The notes under the pieces: generated by a model
Database searches by the model: none
What the model was told of the DNA's origin: nothing
What the model saw: the letters and a program-made list of their open reading frames with translations, nothing else
Program-made: the position numbers and the translations under genes
Source of the DNA: Limisphaerales bacterium
GTDB taxonomy: Bacteria > Verrucomicrobiota > Verrucomicrobiia > Limisphaerales > SXTU01
DNA: 45,974 bases
Assembly (NCBI GenBank): GCA_046090965.1
Contig: JBJTAU010000268.1
Location: 1-45,974 of the forward strand
Reading direction: 5' to 3'
Part shown: positions 22,841-31,568 of the stretch, piece by piece
How the letters are laid out: each line of letters opens with the position of its first letter
How positions within the stretch are numbered: position 1 is the first letter of the stretch

Positions 22841-23980
22841 TCCTCTTCGTCTTGCACGCCCTGCATCCGTTTCAACGGGCAGCCCGCGCGGAGCCAGCCG
22901 TTCACGAAGTCATCAAGCGTGCCGTCCATGACGGCCTGCACGTTGCTGGTCTGCACGCCGGTGCGGAGGTCCTTCACCATGCGGTAGGGCTGGAAGACGT
23001 AGCTGCGAATCTGCTGGCCGAAACCGATCGCGCCCTTCTCGCCGTAGAAGCGTTCCATCTCGGACTTCTGCTGGTCCTCGCGCAGCGCGTAGAGCTTGGC
23101 GAGCAGCATCTTCATGCACGTCGCGCGGTTCTGGTGCTGCGATCGCTGGCCCTGCGACGCGACGATGATGCCGGTGGGCACGTGCGTGATGCGGACAGCG
23201 GTCTCGACCTTGTTCACGTTCTGCCCGCCTTTGCCGCCGGAGCGAAAGGTGTCGGTCTTCAAGTCCACCGGGTTGATGACGATGTCACCCGCCTCCTCAA
23301 TCTCCGCGATGACGTCCACGCTGGCGAAGCTCGTATGCCGCCGCTGGTTCGAGTCGAAGGGCGAGATGCGGACGAGCCGGTGCTCGCCGCGCTCGGCCTT
23401 GGCGAAGCCGTAGGCGTTCTCGCCCTCGATGGTCATGGTGGCGCTCTTCACGCCGGCGACTTCGCCTTGGAGAATGTCCGTGACCTCGGCCTTCCAGCCG
23501 CGCAGTTCGCACCAGCGCTGATACATCCGCAACAGCATGTTGGCCCAGTCCTGCGCCTCGGTGCCGCCGGCCCCGGCGTTGATGCTGAGAATGCAGCCAT
23601 TCTTGTCGTGCGGCCCTTTGAGCAGGAAGCTCAGTTCCAATGCGTCCAAGTCCGCGACGAACTTGGCCACATCGCGCGTGAGGTCACGCAGGACGGCGGG
23701 TTGGCCTTCGACGGGCTCAGCCTCGCCGAGTTCGACCATCATGCGGAAGTCGTCGAGCTGCCTTTCGGCGGCGAGGAGAGGGTCCACCTTCTTGCGGAGG
23801 GCGTTGGCCTCGTCAATGGCCTTTTGCGCGGTCTCGCGGTTGTTCCAGAACGACTCCTGCGCCATCACGGAGTCCAGCTCCGCTATCCGTTTCTGCGTGC
23901 CGGGCCAGTCAAAGAAACCTCCGCATCTGGGCGAGCTTCTCTGCCGTGGTAATCAGTTGCGCCTTCACCGTGTCGAACAT
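22837..23980 (-). CDS. prfB: peptide chain release factor 2, programmed +1 frameshift (join 23980..23912, 23910..22837)
   Basis: Frame 0 reads [23 protein letters not shown] then TGA. The +1 frame continues [23 protein letters not shown]..., with SPF and GGQ motifs ([21 protein letters not shown]). Confidence 0.95.
23908..23922 (-). promoter_or_regulatory. RF2 recoding site: GGAGG-TTT-CTT-TGA-C
   Basis: On the minus strand: internal SD-like GGAGG, a 3-nt spacer, then the CTT TGA C shift site. Same layout as the E. coli prfB site. Confidence 0.9.
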
Positions 23981-24067
23981 AGGGCGGTGAATCTAAGGGG
24001 AAACGGGGCGTTGCCCAGCAGAAACTCGCGCACCGTCCGCAGCGGGCTCGGCCGGGCCAAAGCTGAA

Positions 24068-24095
24068 TTGACGGCTCCCACTTCGGGTCTAGTTT
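24068..24095 (+). promoter_or_regulatory. candidate promoter, leaderless geometry
   Basis: TTGACG (24068-24073), 16 nt, TAGTTT (24090-24095), 6 nt, then GTG 24102. Confidence 0.45.
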
Positions 24096-24101
24096 TGTCG
24101 C

Positions 24102-26354
24102 GTGAACCACCTGATTTTCCCGCTCCTCGCTTTGCTCGCCGGGAGCGTCTGCTCGAACCTCTTCGCGGCCACGGCTTATGACGGGTTGCCGTCCGGCCTC
24201 GACCAGCGCACCCCGCTCACCACCTCGCGTGTCATCGGTTCGCCGGAGCCGCCGCCGATGCTGCGCGCGAAACCTGCCTGGCCGGGGTTGAGCTTCAACC
24301 ACTCGCTGTTCATCGGGCGCGATGCCAGCAGTGACGGCTTTCTCGTCGTGGAGCAAGCGGGCCGCGTGCTGTCGCTCGCGCGCGACCAGGCGGTGAACAC
24401 GACGAATCTCTTCCTCGCGGTGCCGGACCACGAGCTCTATTCGGTGTATTTCCACCCGGGCTTTGCGACGAACCGCTTTGTGTATGCGTTCGCGAACGGG
24501 CCGACGAAGTTGATCACCAACAGCGCCACGGGCGTGGTGCTGGGCGGGACGAACCGGTTTAACCGCATCCTCCGCTACACAGTCACGGCGGCGGGCGCGG
24601 CGGACCCGGCGTCGGAGTTGGAAATCATCAAGTGGTGGTCGAACGGGCACAACGGCGGCGAGATGACCTTCGGCCTCGACGGAATGCTTTACATCACGTC
24701 GGGCGACGGCACGAGTGACTCGGATGGGAACAACACCGGCCAGGACATCACGGACTTGAACTCCGGCCTGCTGCGGCTCGACGTGGATCATCCCGCGCCG
24801 GGCAAGACGTTCTCTATCCCGAAGGACAATCCCTTCTGGGACATCCCGGGCGCGCGGCCGGAGTTGTGGGCTTACGGTTTTCGCAACCCGTGGCGCATCA
24901 CGATGGACCCGGCGGACGGCGGGCTGCTGGTGGGCGACATCGGGCAGGACCTCTACGAGATGATTGAGCTGGTGACGCGCGGCGCGAACGTCGGCTGGAG
25001 CGTGCGCGAGGGCAACCACCCTTTCCACGCGCAGCGCAAGCTCGGGCCGCACCCGGTCACGCCGCCATTGGTCGAGCATCACCACGCCGAGGCGCGATCC
25101 ATTACCGGCGGCGTGGTGTATCAGGGGAGCAAGTTTGCCGAACTGCGCGGCGCGTATCTCTATGGGGATTACGGCACGGGAAAAATCTGGGCGCTCAAGC
25201 GCAAGGGCCACCAAATCACTTGGCACCGCGAGATTGCGGATACGCCTCACCAACTGCTCGCGTTCGCCGAAGGCCGCGCGGGCGAAATCTTCTACGCGGA
25301 CTACGCCGGACAACTCTACGAACTGGAGCTGACGCCGCCGGAGACGAAGAAGCGCCCGCCCTTCCCGAAGAAGCTCAGCGAGAGTGGGCTGTTCGCGAGT
25401 GTGAAGGGCCATGTCGTTCAGCCCGCGCTGATTCCGTATTCGGTGAACTCGCAGTTGTGGTCGGACGGCGCGCACAAGGAGCGGTTCATCGCGCTGCCGG
25501 GCACGAACCAGATCACCTTCAGCGAGGGCGGCGGCTGGAAGTTCCCGGAGGTCACCGTGCTCGTGAAATGCTTCGCGCTCGATCTCGAAGCGGGGAACGC
25601 GAAGTCACGCAAGTGGGTCGAGACGCGTTTCCTCCTCTTTGAGCAAAACGAGTGGGTCGGCTACAGCTACCGCTGGAACGATGCGCAGACGGACGCGGAG
25701 CTAGTTGAAGCGAAGGGCGCGGACCGCGATTACAAGATCAAAGACACCCGTGCACCCGGCGGCTCGCGCAAGCAAACGTGGCATTACCCCAGCCGAGCCG
25801 AGTGCATGACCTGTCATAGCCGCGCCGCGCAGTTCGTGCTGGGCACGACCACGCTCCAGATGAACCGCGAGCACGACTACGGCGGGGTGAAGGCGAACCA
25901 GCTTCGCACCCTTGCGCACATCGGCGCTTTCAATCTGAAGCCGGGCGCGGACGGCGTCGCCAAGCTGCCCAAGCCGTCGGAAAAGATGGCGGCGTTGCCC
26001 AATCCCTACGACGAGGCCGCGCCGTTGGAGGACCGGGCGCGCTCCTACCTGCACGCGAACTGCTCGCATTGCCACGTCGAGGCCGGCGGCGGCAACTCCG
26101 CCATCACGCTGCGCTGGAATACGAAGTCCGAGCAAATGAAGTTGATCGGCGTCGCGCCGCTGCACGACAAGTTCGGTATTGCTGACGCCCTGCTCGTCGC
26201 GCCCGGAGTGCCGGAGCGCAGCGTGCTGATGCAACGCGTCCTTCGCGTGGGCCAAGGTGGCATGCCGCCGCTCGCCAAGACGCTGGTGGACGAGCCGGCG
26301 GTGAAGATGCTGGGTGAGTGGATTCGCGGGGTGAAGCCGCCAGACGGAAAGTGA
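24102..26354 (+). CDS. PQQ-dependent sugar dehydrogenase (SGDH-like beta-propeller) fused to a C-terminal domain with two CxxCH haem motifs
   Basis: GHNGGEMTFGLDGMLYITSGDG...AYGFRNPWR...GDIGQDLYEMIE propeller motifs; CMTCH and CSHCH in the C-terminal third. Confidence 0.8.
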   Translation: MNHLIFPLLALLAGSVCSNLFAATAYDGLPSGLDQRTPLTTSRVIGSPEPPPMLRAKPAWPGLSFNHSLFIGRDASSDGFLVVEQAGRVLSLARDQAVNTTNLFLAVPDHELYSVYFHPGFATNRFVYAFANGPTKLITNSATGVVLGGTNRFNRILRYTVTAAGAADPASELEIIKWWSNGHNGGEMTFGLDGMLYITSGDGTSDSDGNNTGQDITDLNSGLLRLDVDHPAPGKTFSIPKDNPFWDIPGARPELWAYGFRNPWRITMDPADGGLLVGDIGQDLYEMIELVTRGANVGWSVREGNHPFHAQRKLGPHPVTPPLVEHHHAEARSITGGVVYQGSKFAELRGAYLYGDYGTGKIWALKRKGHQITWHREIADTPHQLLAFAEGRAGEIFYADYAGQLYELELTPPETKKRPPFPKKLSESGLFASVKGHVVQPALIPYSVNSQLWSDGAHKERFIALPGTNQITFSEGGGWKFPEVTVLVKCFALDLEAGNAKSRKWVETRFLLFEQNEWVGYSYRWNDAQTDAELVEAKGADRDYKIKDTRAPGGSRKQTWHYPSRAECMTCHSRAAQFVLGTTTLQMNREHDYGGVKANQLRTLAHIGAFNLKPGADGVAKLPKPSEKMAALPNPYDEAAPLEDRARSYLHANCSHCHVEAGGGNSAITLRWNTKSEQMKLIGVAPLHDKFGIADALLVAPGVPERSVLMQRVLRVGQGGMPPLAKTLVDEPAVKMLGEWIRGVKPPDGK

Positions 26355-26424
26355 TAAGTAATTAGTGCTAAGTAGGCTCGCGCAGAACTTCGCCCGTTGC
26401 GACTAATCACTAATCACTAAGCAC
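26351..26424. repeat. hairpin of TTAGTGA-type heptamer repeats between convergent genes
   Basis: GTGATAAGTAATTAGTGCTAAGTAG (26351-26375) pairs with GACTAATCACTAATCACTAAGCAC (26401-26424), about 70% pairing. The left arm contains the TGA stop of the upstream gene (26352-26354). The right arm ends 4 nt from the stop of the DUF1501 gene. Confidence 0.75.
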
Positions 26425-26428
26425 TGCT

Positions 26429-27883
26429 TCAGGCCAACACTTCCCTGACCACGCTCCCGCCCGGCGTCATGGGACGGAGCCGCCCGCCCGCATCCTCCAC
26501 GAAGCCGTCCGGGTCAATGCCCATCGCGGCATACACTGTCGCGATGAAATCAGCCGGGCTGACGGGCTTGTCGGTCACGCGCTCTGCCTTCGCATCGGAA
26601 GCGCCGTGGACGTAGCCGTGCTTCACCCCCGCCCCGGTCAACAGGATGTTGTAAACCATGGACCAATGGTCGCGGCCCGCGCTGCCGTTGATCTTCGGTG
26701 AGCGGCCCATTTCGCCCATCACGATCACGAGCGTCTCATCGAGCAGGCCGCGCGCTTGTAAATCCTCACACAACGCAGAGTAAGTCTGGTCCAGCGGGGG
26801 GAGGCGGTGGTTCTTGCAGATGTTGAAGTGGTCGGAGTGCGTGTCCCACGCGGTCGGGTCGCCGCCCACTTTCTCGAAGCATTCCCAATACACGGTGACG
26901 AAGCGCGTGCCGCGCTCCACCAACCGCCGCGCGGTCAGCGCTGATTCGCCGAAGAGATAGCGGCCGTAGCGGTCGCGCAGCGCGGGGGACTCGTCGTCGA
27001 GATCAAACGCACGCCACGCGCTGCCGTTCGAACTGTTGTCGGCCAGGATGTCGAGGGCACGCTTTTGGTAGGCGTCGAAGCGCTCGTAAGCCTCGGAGTT
27101 GCCCACGCGGTCGGCCTGCAGGTGGAGTTGCTCGGCAAGCGAACGGCGGCGGGCGAAGCGGTCGAGGGTGATGTCGGCGGGGAGTTTCGTGCCGGGCACG
27201 AGGATGTTGCCCGCCGCCTGACGCTGGACGTCGTAGAAGGACTTCGGCTCGTAGGTGTCGCGCAATTCCACATCGGTCACGAGCGGATCCCACTTGCGCC
27301 CGAGCCAGCCGGCGAAGGGGCCGGGGCGGGTGATTTTCTGACCCCAGCCCGGCGCGCACGGCATCCACACGCTCGGCGGCGCGGAGCTGCGGTTGGCGCG
27401 GGAGAGATACTCGACCATCGCGTTCATGCTCGGGGCTTGCGTGTTGAGCACGGGCACGAGGGACTCCAGCTTGTCCGCGGGCGCGCCGGACATCGTGTAG
27501 AGCATCCCGGCGCTGTGGTCGTTGTGGTCGTGGGTGGCGGAGCGGATGAGCGTGGAGCGGTTCATCCACATCGCCATGCGCGGGAGGTATTCGCAGAAAT
27601 GCACGCCCGGCAGCGAGGTGGGAATGGAGCCGAACTCGCCGCGCAGTTCGCGGGGCGCGTCGCGTTTCGGGTCGAAGGTCTCTTGCACCGCCGGGCCACC
27701 GAAGAGGTAGAGGAGGATGACAGACTTGGCCTTGCCCCGGCCCGGCCCGGCGGGAATCGTCGCCTCCGCACGGAGCAACTCCGGTAGCGACATGCCCAGC
27801 AGGGACAGCCCGCCCAGACGCAGCATCTCGCGGCGATGGAGGCCGTCGCAGGCGGTTTTACTCTGGCCGAGGACGCGAATCAT
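26429..27883 (-). CDS. DUF1501 domain protein (sulfatase-fold, Tat-like signal)
   Basis: ATG 27883 gives MIRVLGQSKTACDGLHRREMLRLGG... followed by SVILLYLFGGPAVQETFDPK...GEMGRSP...GRDHW, typical of DUF1501. Confidence 0.88.
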   Translation of the reverse strand: MIRVLGQSKTACDGLHRREMLRLGGLSLLGMSLPELLRAEATIPAGPGRGKAKSVILLYLFGGPAVQETFDPKRDAPRELRGEFGSIPTSLPGVHFCEYLPRMAMWMNRSTLIRSATHDHNDHSAGMLYTMSGAPADKLESLVPVLNTQAPSMNAMVEYLSRANRSSAPPSVWMPCAPGWGQKITRPGPFAGWLGRKWDPLVTDVELRDTYEPKSFYDVQRQAAGNILVPGTKLPADITLDRFARRRSLAEQLHLQADRVGNSEAYERFDAYQKRALDILADNSSNGSAWRAFDLDDESPALRDRYGRYLFGESALTARRLVERGTRFVTVYWECFEKVGGDPTAWDTHSDHFNICKNHRLPPLDQTYSALCEDLQARGLLDETLVIVMGEMGRSPKINGSAGRDHWSMVYNILLTGAGVKHGYVHGASDAKAERVTDKPVSPADFIATVYAAMGIDPDGFVEDAGGRLRPMTPGGSVVREVLA

Positions 27884-28014
27884 GCTGGCAGAAGGAAACT
27901 CGAGCTGATGGCGTGAACCGTAGCGGCGCAACCGGACCCGTCAACGCGGTAAATCATGGGAACATGGCTTGGAATGCCGGTCGGAGAATCCCCCAGAATC
28001 CCCCAAATTCTCGG

Positions 28015-28042
28015 TTGACAAGCCGGTGGGGAATCCTAGTTT
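28015..28042 (+). promoter_or_regulatory. candidate orphan promoter
   Basis: TTGACA (28015-28020), 16 nt, TAGTTT (28037-28042). Flanked by GAATCCCC copies (two direct at 27986-28003, one inverted GGGGAATC at 28027-28034). Confidence 0.4.
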
Positions 28043-28048
28043 GGCTTC

Positions 28049-28142
28049 AGTTATTTGAAGCTTTGATTCGGGCGGCAGCACGTTTCTTCAGAGGGGTTCC
28101 CCACCCCCACCTCCTTGGCGTCTGCTGCCCGAATCGTTTTTT
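28049..28142 (+). ncRNA. candidate small RNA (promoter to intrinsic terminator, about 95 nt)
   Basis: No ORF. Stem GATTCGGGCGGCAG (28065-28078) / CTGCTGCCCGAATC (28122-28135) is followed by G-TTTTTT (28136-28142). Lies on the + strand between two minus-strand genes. Confidence 0.3.
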
Positions 28143-28159
28143 CCAAGGATCATCTCCCG

Positions 28160-29479
28160 TCACTTTGCGGCTTGCGTCCCCTTGACGTGCTCCAGCACGG
28201 CCTTCCGCATGGCCTCGCTGGCCTTGGTCGTGTTCGTGTGGCCCGCGTCGGGGTCGTGGTGGATGGATTTCTTTCCGCTGACGTTGTTGTAGGCGGCATA
28301 CACGCTGGATGGCGGGCAGGTCGTGTCAACGAAACCCACGGTGAAGATGGCCCCAGCCCTCGTGCGCGTGGCGAAGTTCATTGCGTCGAAATAGCGCACG
28401 GCGTCGAGCACGTTTGCGGGTGGTTGCTCGCCGGTGGCGATGAACTTGGGCCAGCCGTTGATGCGGCCAACCTTGAACCCCGTATGGTCGCAGCCCGCCG
28501 GCACGCCCGCCGCGAAGAACGTCACGCGCGCGTCCAGTCCCGCCGCGACGATGGCCTGATAACCACCTTGGCTTGACCCCATCACCACCACCGTCCTCCC
28601 GTCCCACTCCGGTTGTGCGGTCAGAAAATCCAGTGCGCGCACGAGCCGCAGGAACATCCCACGAAAGTAAATCGTGTCGCGTGATTCCCGGCCGCGCGCG
28701 CGGTAGTCCTTCAAGTCGCCGTTCGCCAGGTCCGTGTAAAACTTGTCCGGCTGGCCGTTGGGCAAGCCGTGCGCGTTGATATCCAGTGCGAGGAAGTTCT
28801 GCTTCGCCCAGCCCGTTGCGCCGCCGAGGCTGGAGCTGCGCACGCCCGCGCCGTGGACGGTGAGGATGATGGGCAGGCTCTTGGGCTTCGCCTCTTCCGG
28901 CTTGGCGAAATAGCCGGACACGGGAGCGCCGATGGAGTCCGCCTGCAAGTCGAACGCCACCACCCCTGCCGTCGCCTGCTGCACTGGCGTCAGCCGCGCG
29001 TTCACCGGCACGGCGGCGAGCAGCTTCTTCTGGCCGGCCCAGAAGGCGTCGAAGTCCGCCGGCACTGGCTGGCTCGGTTGGATCTTCAGCGGGTCAACGC
29101 CCGCCGCGCCGAGACTCGTGTAAGCCCGTTTCTCCGCGCTCGTGAACGTCACGCGGCATTGAAGGAATCCAGGTTCCGCCAACTTGCCGGTAACCGTCGC
29201 GCTGCCGTTGACGAGTTTCGCCTTGCCGCTCGTAGTGGGCGGCACGCCGTCCTTGGTGAGCGTCCATTGCACCTCAGCGTCGGTCACCGGGGTTTTGTCG
29301 AGCGCGAGCGTGATCTTGAACATGACGTTTTCGCCGGACTGGTAGAGCGCGTCAGCGCGGTCGGCGGAGACCCGGAGGACGTAGTTCGTGGAGGACTTGG
29401 CGTCCGGTGCGGAGGCGATCAATGCCGGCCCAAGCAACGCGGCCAGCAAGAGGGAACGACACGGTGGGCGAATTTGCAT
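28160..29479 (-). CDS. acetylxylan esterase / cephalosporin-C deacetylase-like (AXE1 family) with N-terminal beta-sandwich
   Basis: Signal peptide. FDAFWAGQ...PIILTVHGAG...MGSSQGGYQA (G-x-S-x-G)...GVPAGCDH, typical of AXE1/CE7-like enzymes. Confidence 0.82.
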   Translation of the reverse strand: MQIRPPCRSLLLAALLGPALIASAPDAKSSTNYVLRVSADRADALYQSGENVMFKITLALDKTPVTDAEVQWTLTKDGVPPTTSGKAKLVNGSATVTGKLAEPGFLQCRVTFTSAEKRAYTSLGAAGVDPLKIQPSQPVPADFDAFWAGQKKLLAAVPVNARLTPVQQATAGVVAFDLQADSIGAPVSGYFAKPEEAKPKSLPIILTVHGAGVRSSSLGGATGWAKQNFLALDINAHGLPNGQPDKFYTDLANGDLKDYRARGRESRDTIYFRGMFLRLVRALDFLTAQPEWDGRTVVVMGSSQGGYQAIVAAGLDARVTFFAAGVPAGCDHTGFKVGRINGWPKFIATGEQPPANVLDAVRYFDAMNFATRTRAGAIFTVGFVDTTCPPSSVYAAYNNVSGKKSIHHDPDAGHTNTTKASEAMRKAVLEHVKGTQAAK

Positions 29480-29542
29480 GGCGCGGATAATCCCGCCCGG
29501 CTTCGGCGCGACAAGTCATTTCCCGGCGCGTGGTGAAATCCA

Positions 29543-29572
29543 TTGGCTCCGACGCCCCGTGCCAGCTACCTT
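29543..29572 (+). promoter_or_regulatory. candidate promoter, leaderless geometry
   Basis: TTGGCT (29543-29548), 18 nt, TACCTT (29567-29572), 6 nt, then GTG 29579. Confidence 0.3.
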
Positions 29573-29578
29573 CGCCTC

Positions 29579-30268
29579 GTGACCATCGAATACGTCTTCA
29601 AGCTCGACGACGGGCAGACCTTCAACTTCGAGGTGGACACGGAGCGCACCTACCAAGCCCGCTTCGACAAGGTAGAGCATCCGTTTTGGACCAAATTGGA
29701 TTTTTAGAAGTGCAGCCTCTGCCCGCTGGCCAGCGAAGAGTTCCGCCATTGTCCCGCCGCGCTCGATGCCAAGAAGATCACCGAGACCTTCCGCTCGATG
29801 CTCTCTTACGTGGAGGTCACGCTGGAGGTCCGGACGCCAGAGCGCACCTACGTGAAGCGCACCGACGCGCAGACCGGACTGCGCGCGCTCTTCGGCCTGG
29901 TAATGGCCACCAGCGGCTGCCCGATCCTGTCGCGGCTCAAAGGCCTCGCCAGCACGCACCTGCCGTTTTCGACGATGGAGGAAACCATCTTCCGCACCGT
30001 GGGCGCGTATCTCATGCAACAGTTCCTCATCCACAAAAACGGCGGCGAACCGGACTGGGAGCTAAAGGGCCTGTATCTCCTCTACGAGCAACTCCAGGAA
30101 GTGAACCGCTGTTTCAAGGGCCGCATTGACGCCGCCTCCGAGCAGGACGCGAACATGAACGCGCTGGGCTCACTCATCTACCTGGCAATGGGCGTGTCTT
30201 TCTCGCTGGAGGCGCAGTTGCAGGAAATCCAGCACCTGACGATCTCGCCGGCGCAGTTGGAGAAGTGA
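29579..30268 (+). CDS. conserved Cys-motif hypothetical protein (resembles the DUF6901-type family from memory) interrupted by an in-frame TAG at 29705-29707
   Basis: GTG 29579 gives VTIEYVFKLDDGQTFNFEVD...HPFWTKLDF, then TAG, then KCSLCPLASEEFRHCPAAL...MATSGCPIL...PFSTMEETIFR... in the same frame. The track shows only 29798-30268. Confidence 0.6.
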
Positions 30269-30280
30269 AGGCCGTGCTCC

Positions 30281-30982
30281 TCACGGCATCGCCGTGAACC
30301 AACGTTCCCAACGCGGTGCGAACCACCGCTCGCGGTCGAAGGACAGAGCCACGGCCGTCGCCCGCCCGACGATCTGTCCGCGCGGCACGGGGCCGAAGTA
30401 GCGCGAGTCAAGGCTGTTGTCCCGGTTATCGCCGAGCATGAAGTAATGGTCGGAAGGAATCGTCGCCGGCCCGAAGCTGCGCAGTGCTGGCAGCGCAGGC
30501 GTGGCCATCACCGGGTGCTTCCGCTCTGGCAACTGCTCGCTGGCAAAATCGTGGCGCGGCTGCTGCGCGGTGGGAACGGCGTTGACCACCGTGGGGTCCA
30601 GCGCGGTGTAGTCCACGGCGCGGCCATTGAGAAAGAGCCGGTTGTCGCGCAACTCGATGGTGTCGCCCGGCAGGCCGATCACGCGTTTCACGAGCCGCTG
30701 GCCGTTGGCGGGGGAAAAGAACACGACGACTTCACCGCGCGCCGGGTTGTCCCACTCGGCGAAGTGCCAGGTGGTGTAGGGCACCTTGAGATCGTAGGCG
30801 AGCTTGTTCACCCACACGCGGTCGCCTTCGAGAATGCTGGGCTTCATCGAGCCGGTGGGCACGTCGTTCCAGTCCGCCAGCGCCGAGCGCAGCGCGGTGG
30901 TGACGAGCACGATGAGGAGGCAAGGCTTCAGCCACTCGACCCAGAAGCGGCGGGCGGCGGGTTTCAGACGGGCGGCTTTCAT
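30281..30982 (-). CDS. lepB: signal peptidase I
   Basis: TM anchor, PTGSMKPSILEGDRVWVNK (catalytic Ser box), VKRVIGLPGD, GDNRDNSLDSRYFG. Confidence 0.9.
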   Translation of the reverse strand: MKAARLKPAARRFWVEWLKPCLLIVLVTTALRSALADWNDVPTGSMKPSILEGDRVWVNKLAYDLKVPYTTWHFAEWDNPARGEVVVFFSPANGQRLVKRVIGLPGDTIELRDNRLFLNGRAVDYTALDPTVVNAVPTAQQPRHDFASEQLPERKHPVMATPALPALRSFGPATIPSDHYFMLGDNRDNSLDSRYFGPVPRGQIVGRATAVALSFDRERWFAPRWERWFTAMP

Positions 30983-31063
30983 GCGGCGAGTTGGAGCGTT
31001 CAGCGGGATTGGCGTTCAATCTCTCCCATCGCCCGACATTCTAATGTTGGCCGCCCCGTGCCG

Positions 31064-31483
31064 CTACTCCTCCGCCACAAACCACTTCAGATGCTTGTTA
31101 ATGACCGGTTGCTGCTTCGCTGCATCGCGGGCGGATTGCGCGCGAAACTCCACGCGCACCTGCGCGAGTTCGCCGGCATCGAGCCAGTTGCCACCGCATT
31201 GCGGGCACGAGTCCAGATGCGTGCCGCGTAGCTGGTTGAAGTAGTGGCGCATCATCGCGACGTTGCACTTGGGGCAGCGGCGCTTCGCCTGTGGGTCCAC
31301 GTGAACGGTCGGATCCATCGGCACAGTCAGCAGCGCGTCGTCCACTGTCTCGTGCGGCTCGTCGAAACGCTTCAGTTCGAAGTTGTCACACCACTATCCG
31401 CCGCAGCCAGCCACGCAGGCATCCACGTCCACGCCCTCGACGGCGAAGGTCGTGAGTAGACGGGCGCAGGCGGGACAGTTCAT
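31064..31483 (-). CDS. tandem TFIIB-type zinc-ribbon protein (zf-TFIIB/PF13453-like) interrupted by an in-frame TAG at 31394-31396
   Basis: ATG 31483 gives MNCPACARLLTTFAVEGVDVDACVAGCGG, then TAG, then WCDNFELKRFDEP.... A second copy reads CPKCNVAMM...LDSCPQCGGNWLDAGEL. The track shows only 31064-31345. Confidence 0.65.
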
Positions 31484-31568
31484 GGCGAATGCTGGCGAAC
31501 CTAGTGGCGAAGCGCACGGGCGTCAACCGGGCCTTGCGCACTCGCGCCGGCCTCGCCATCTTCGGACC

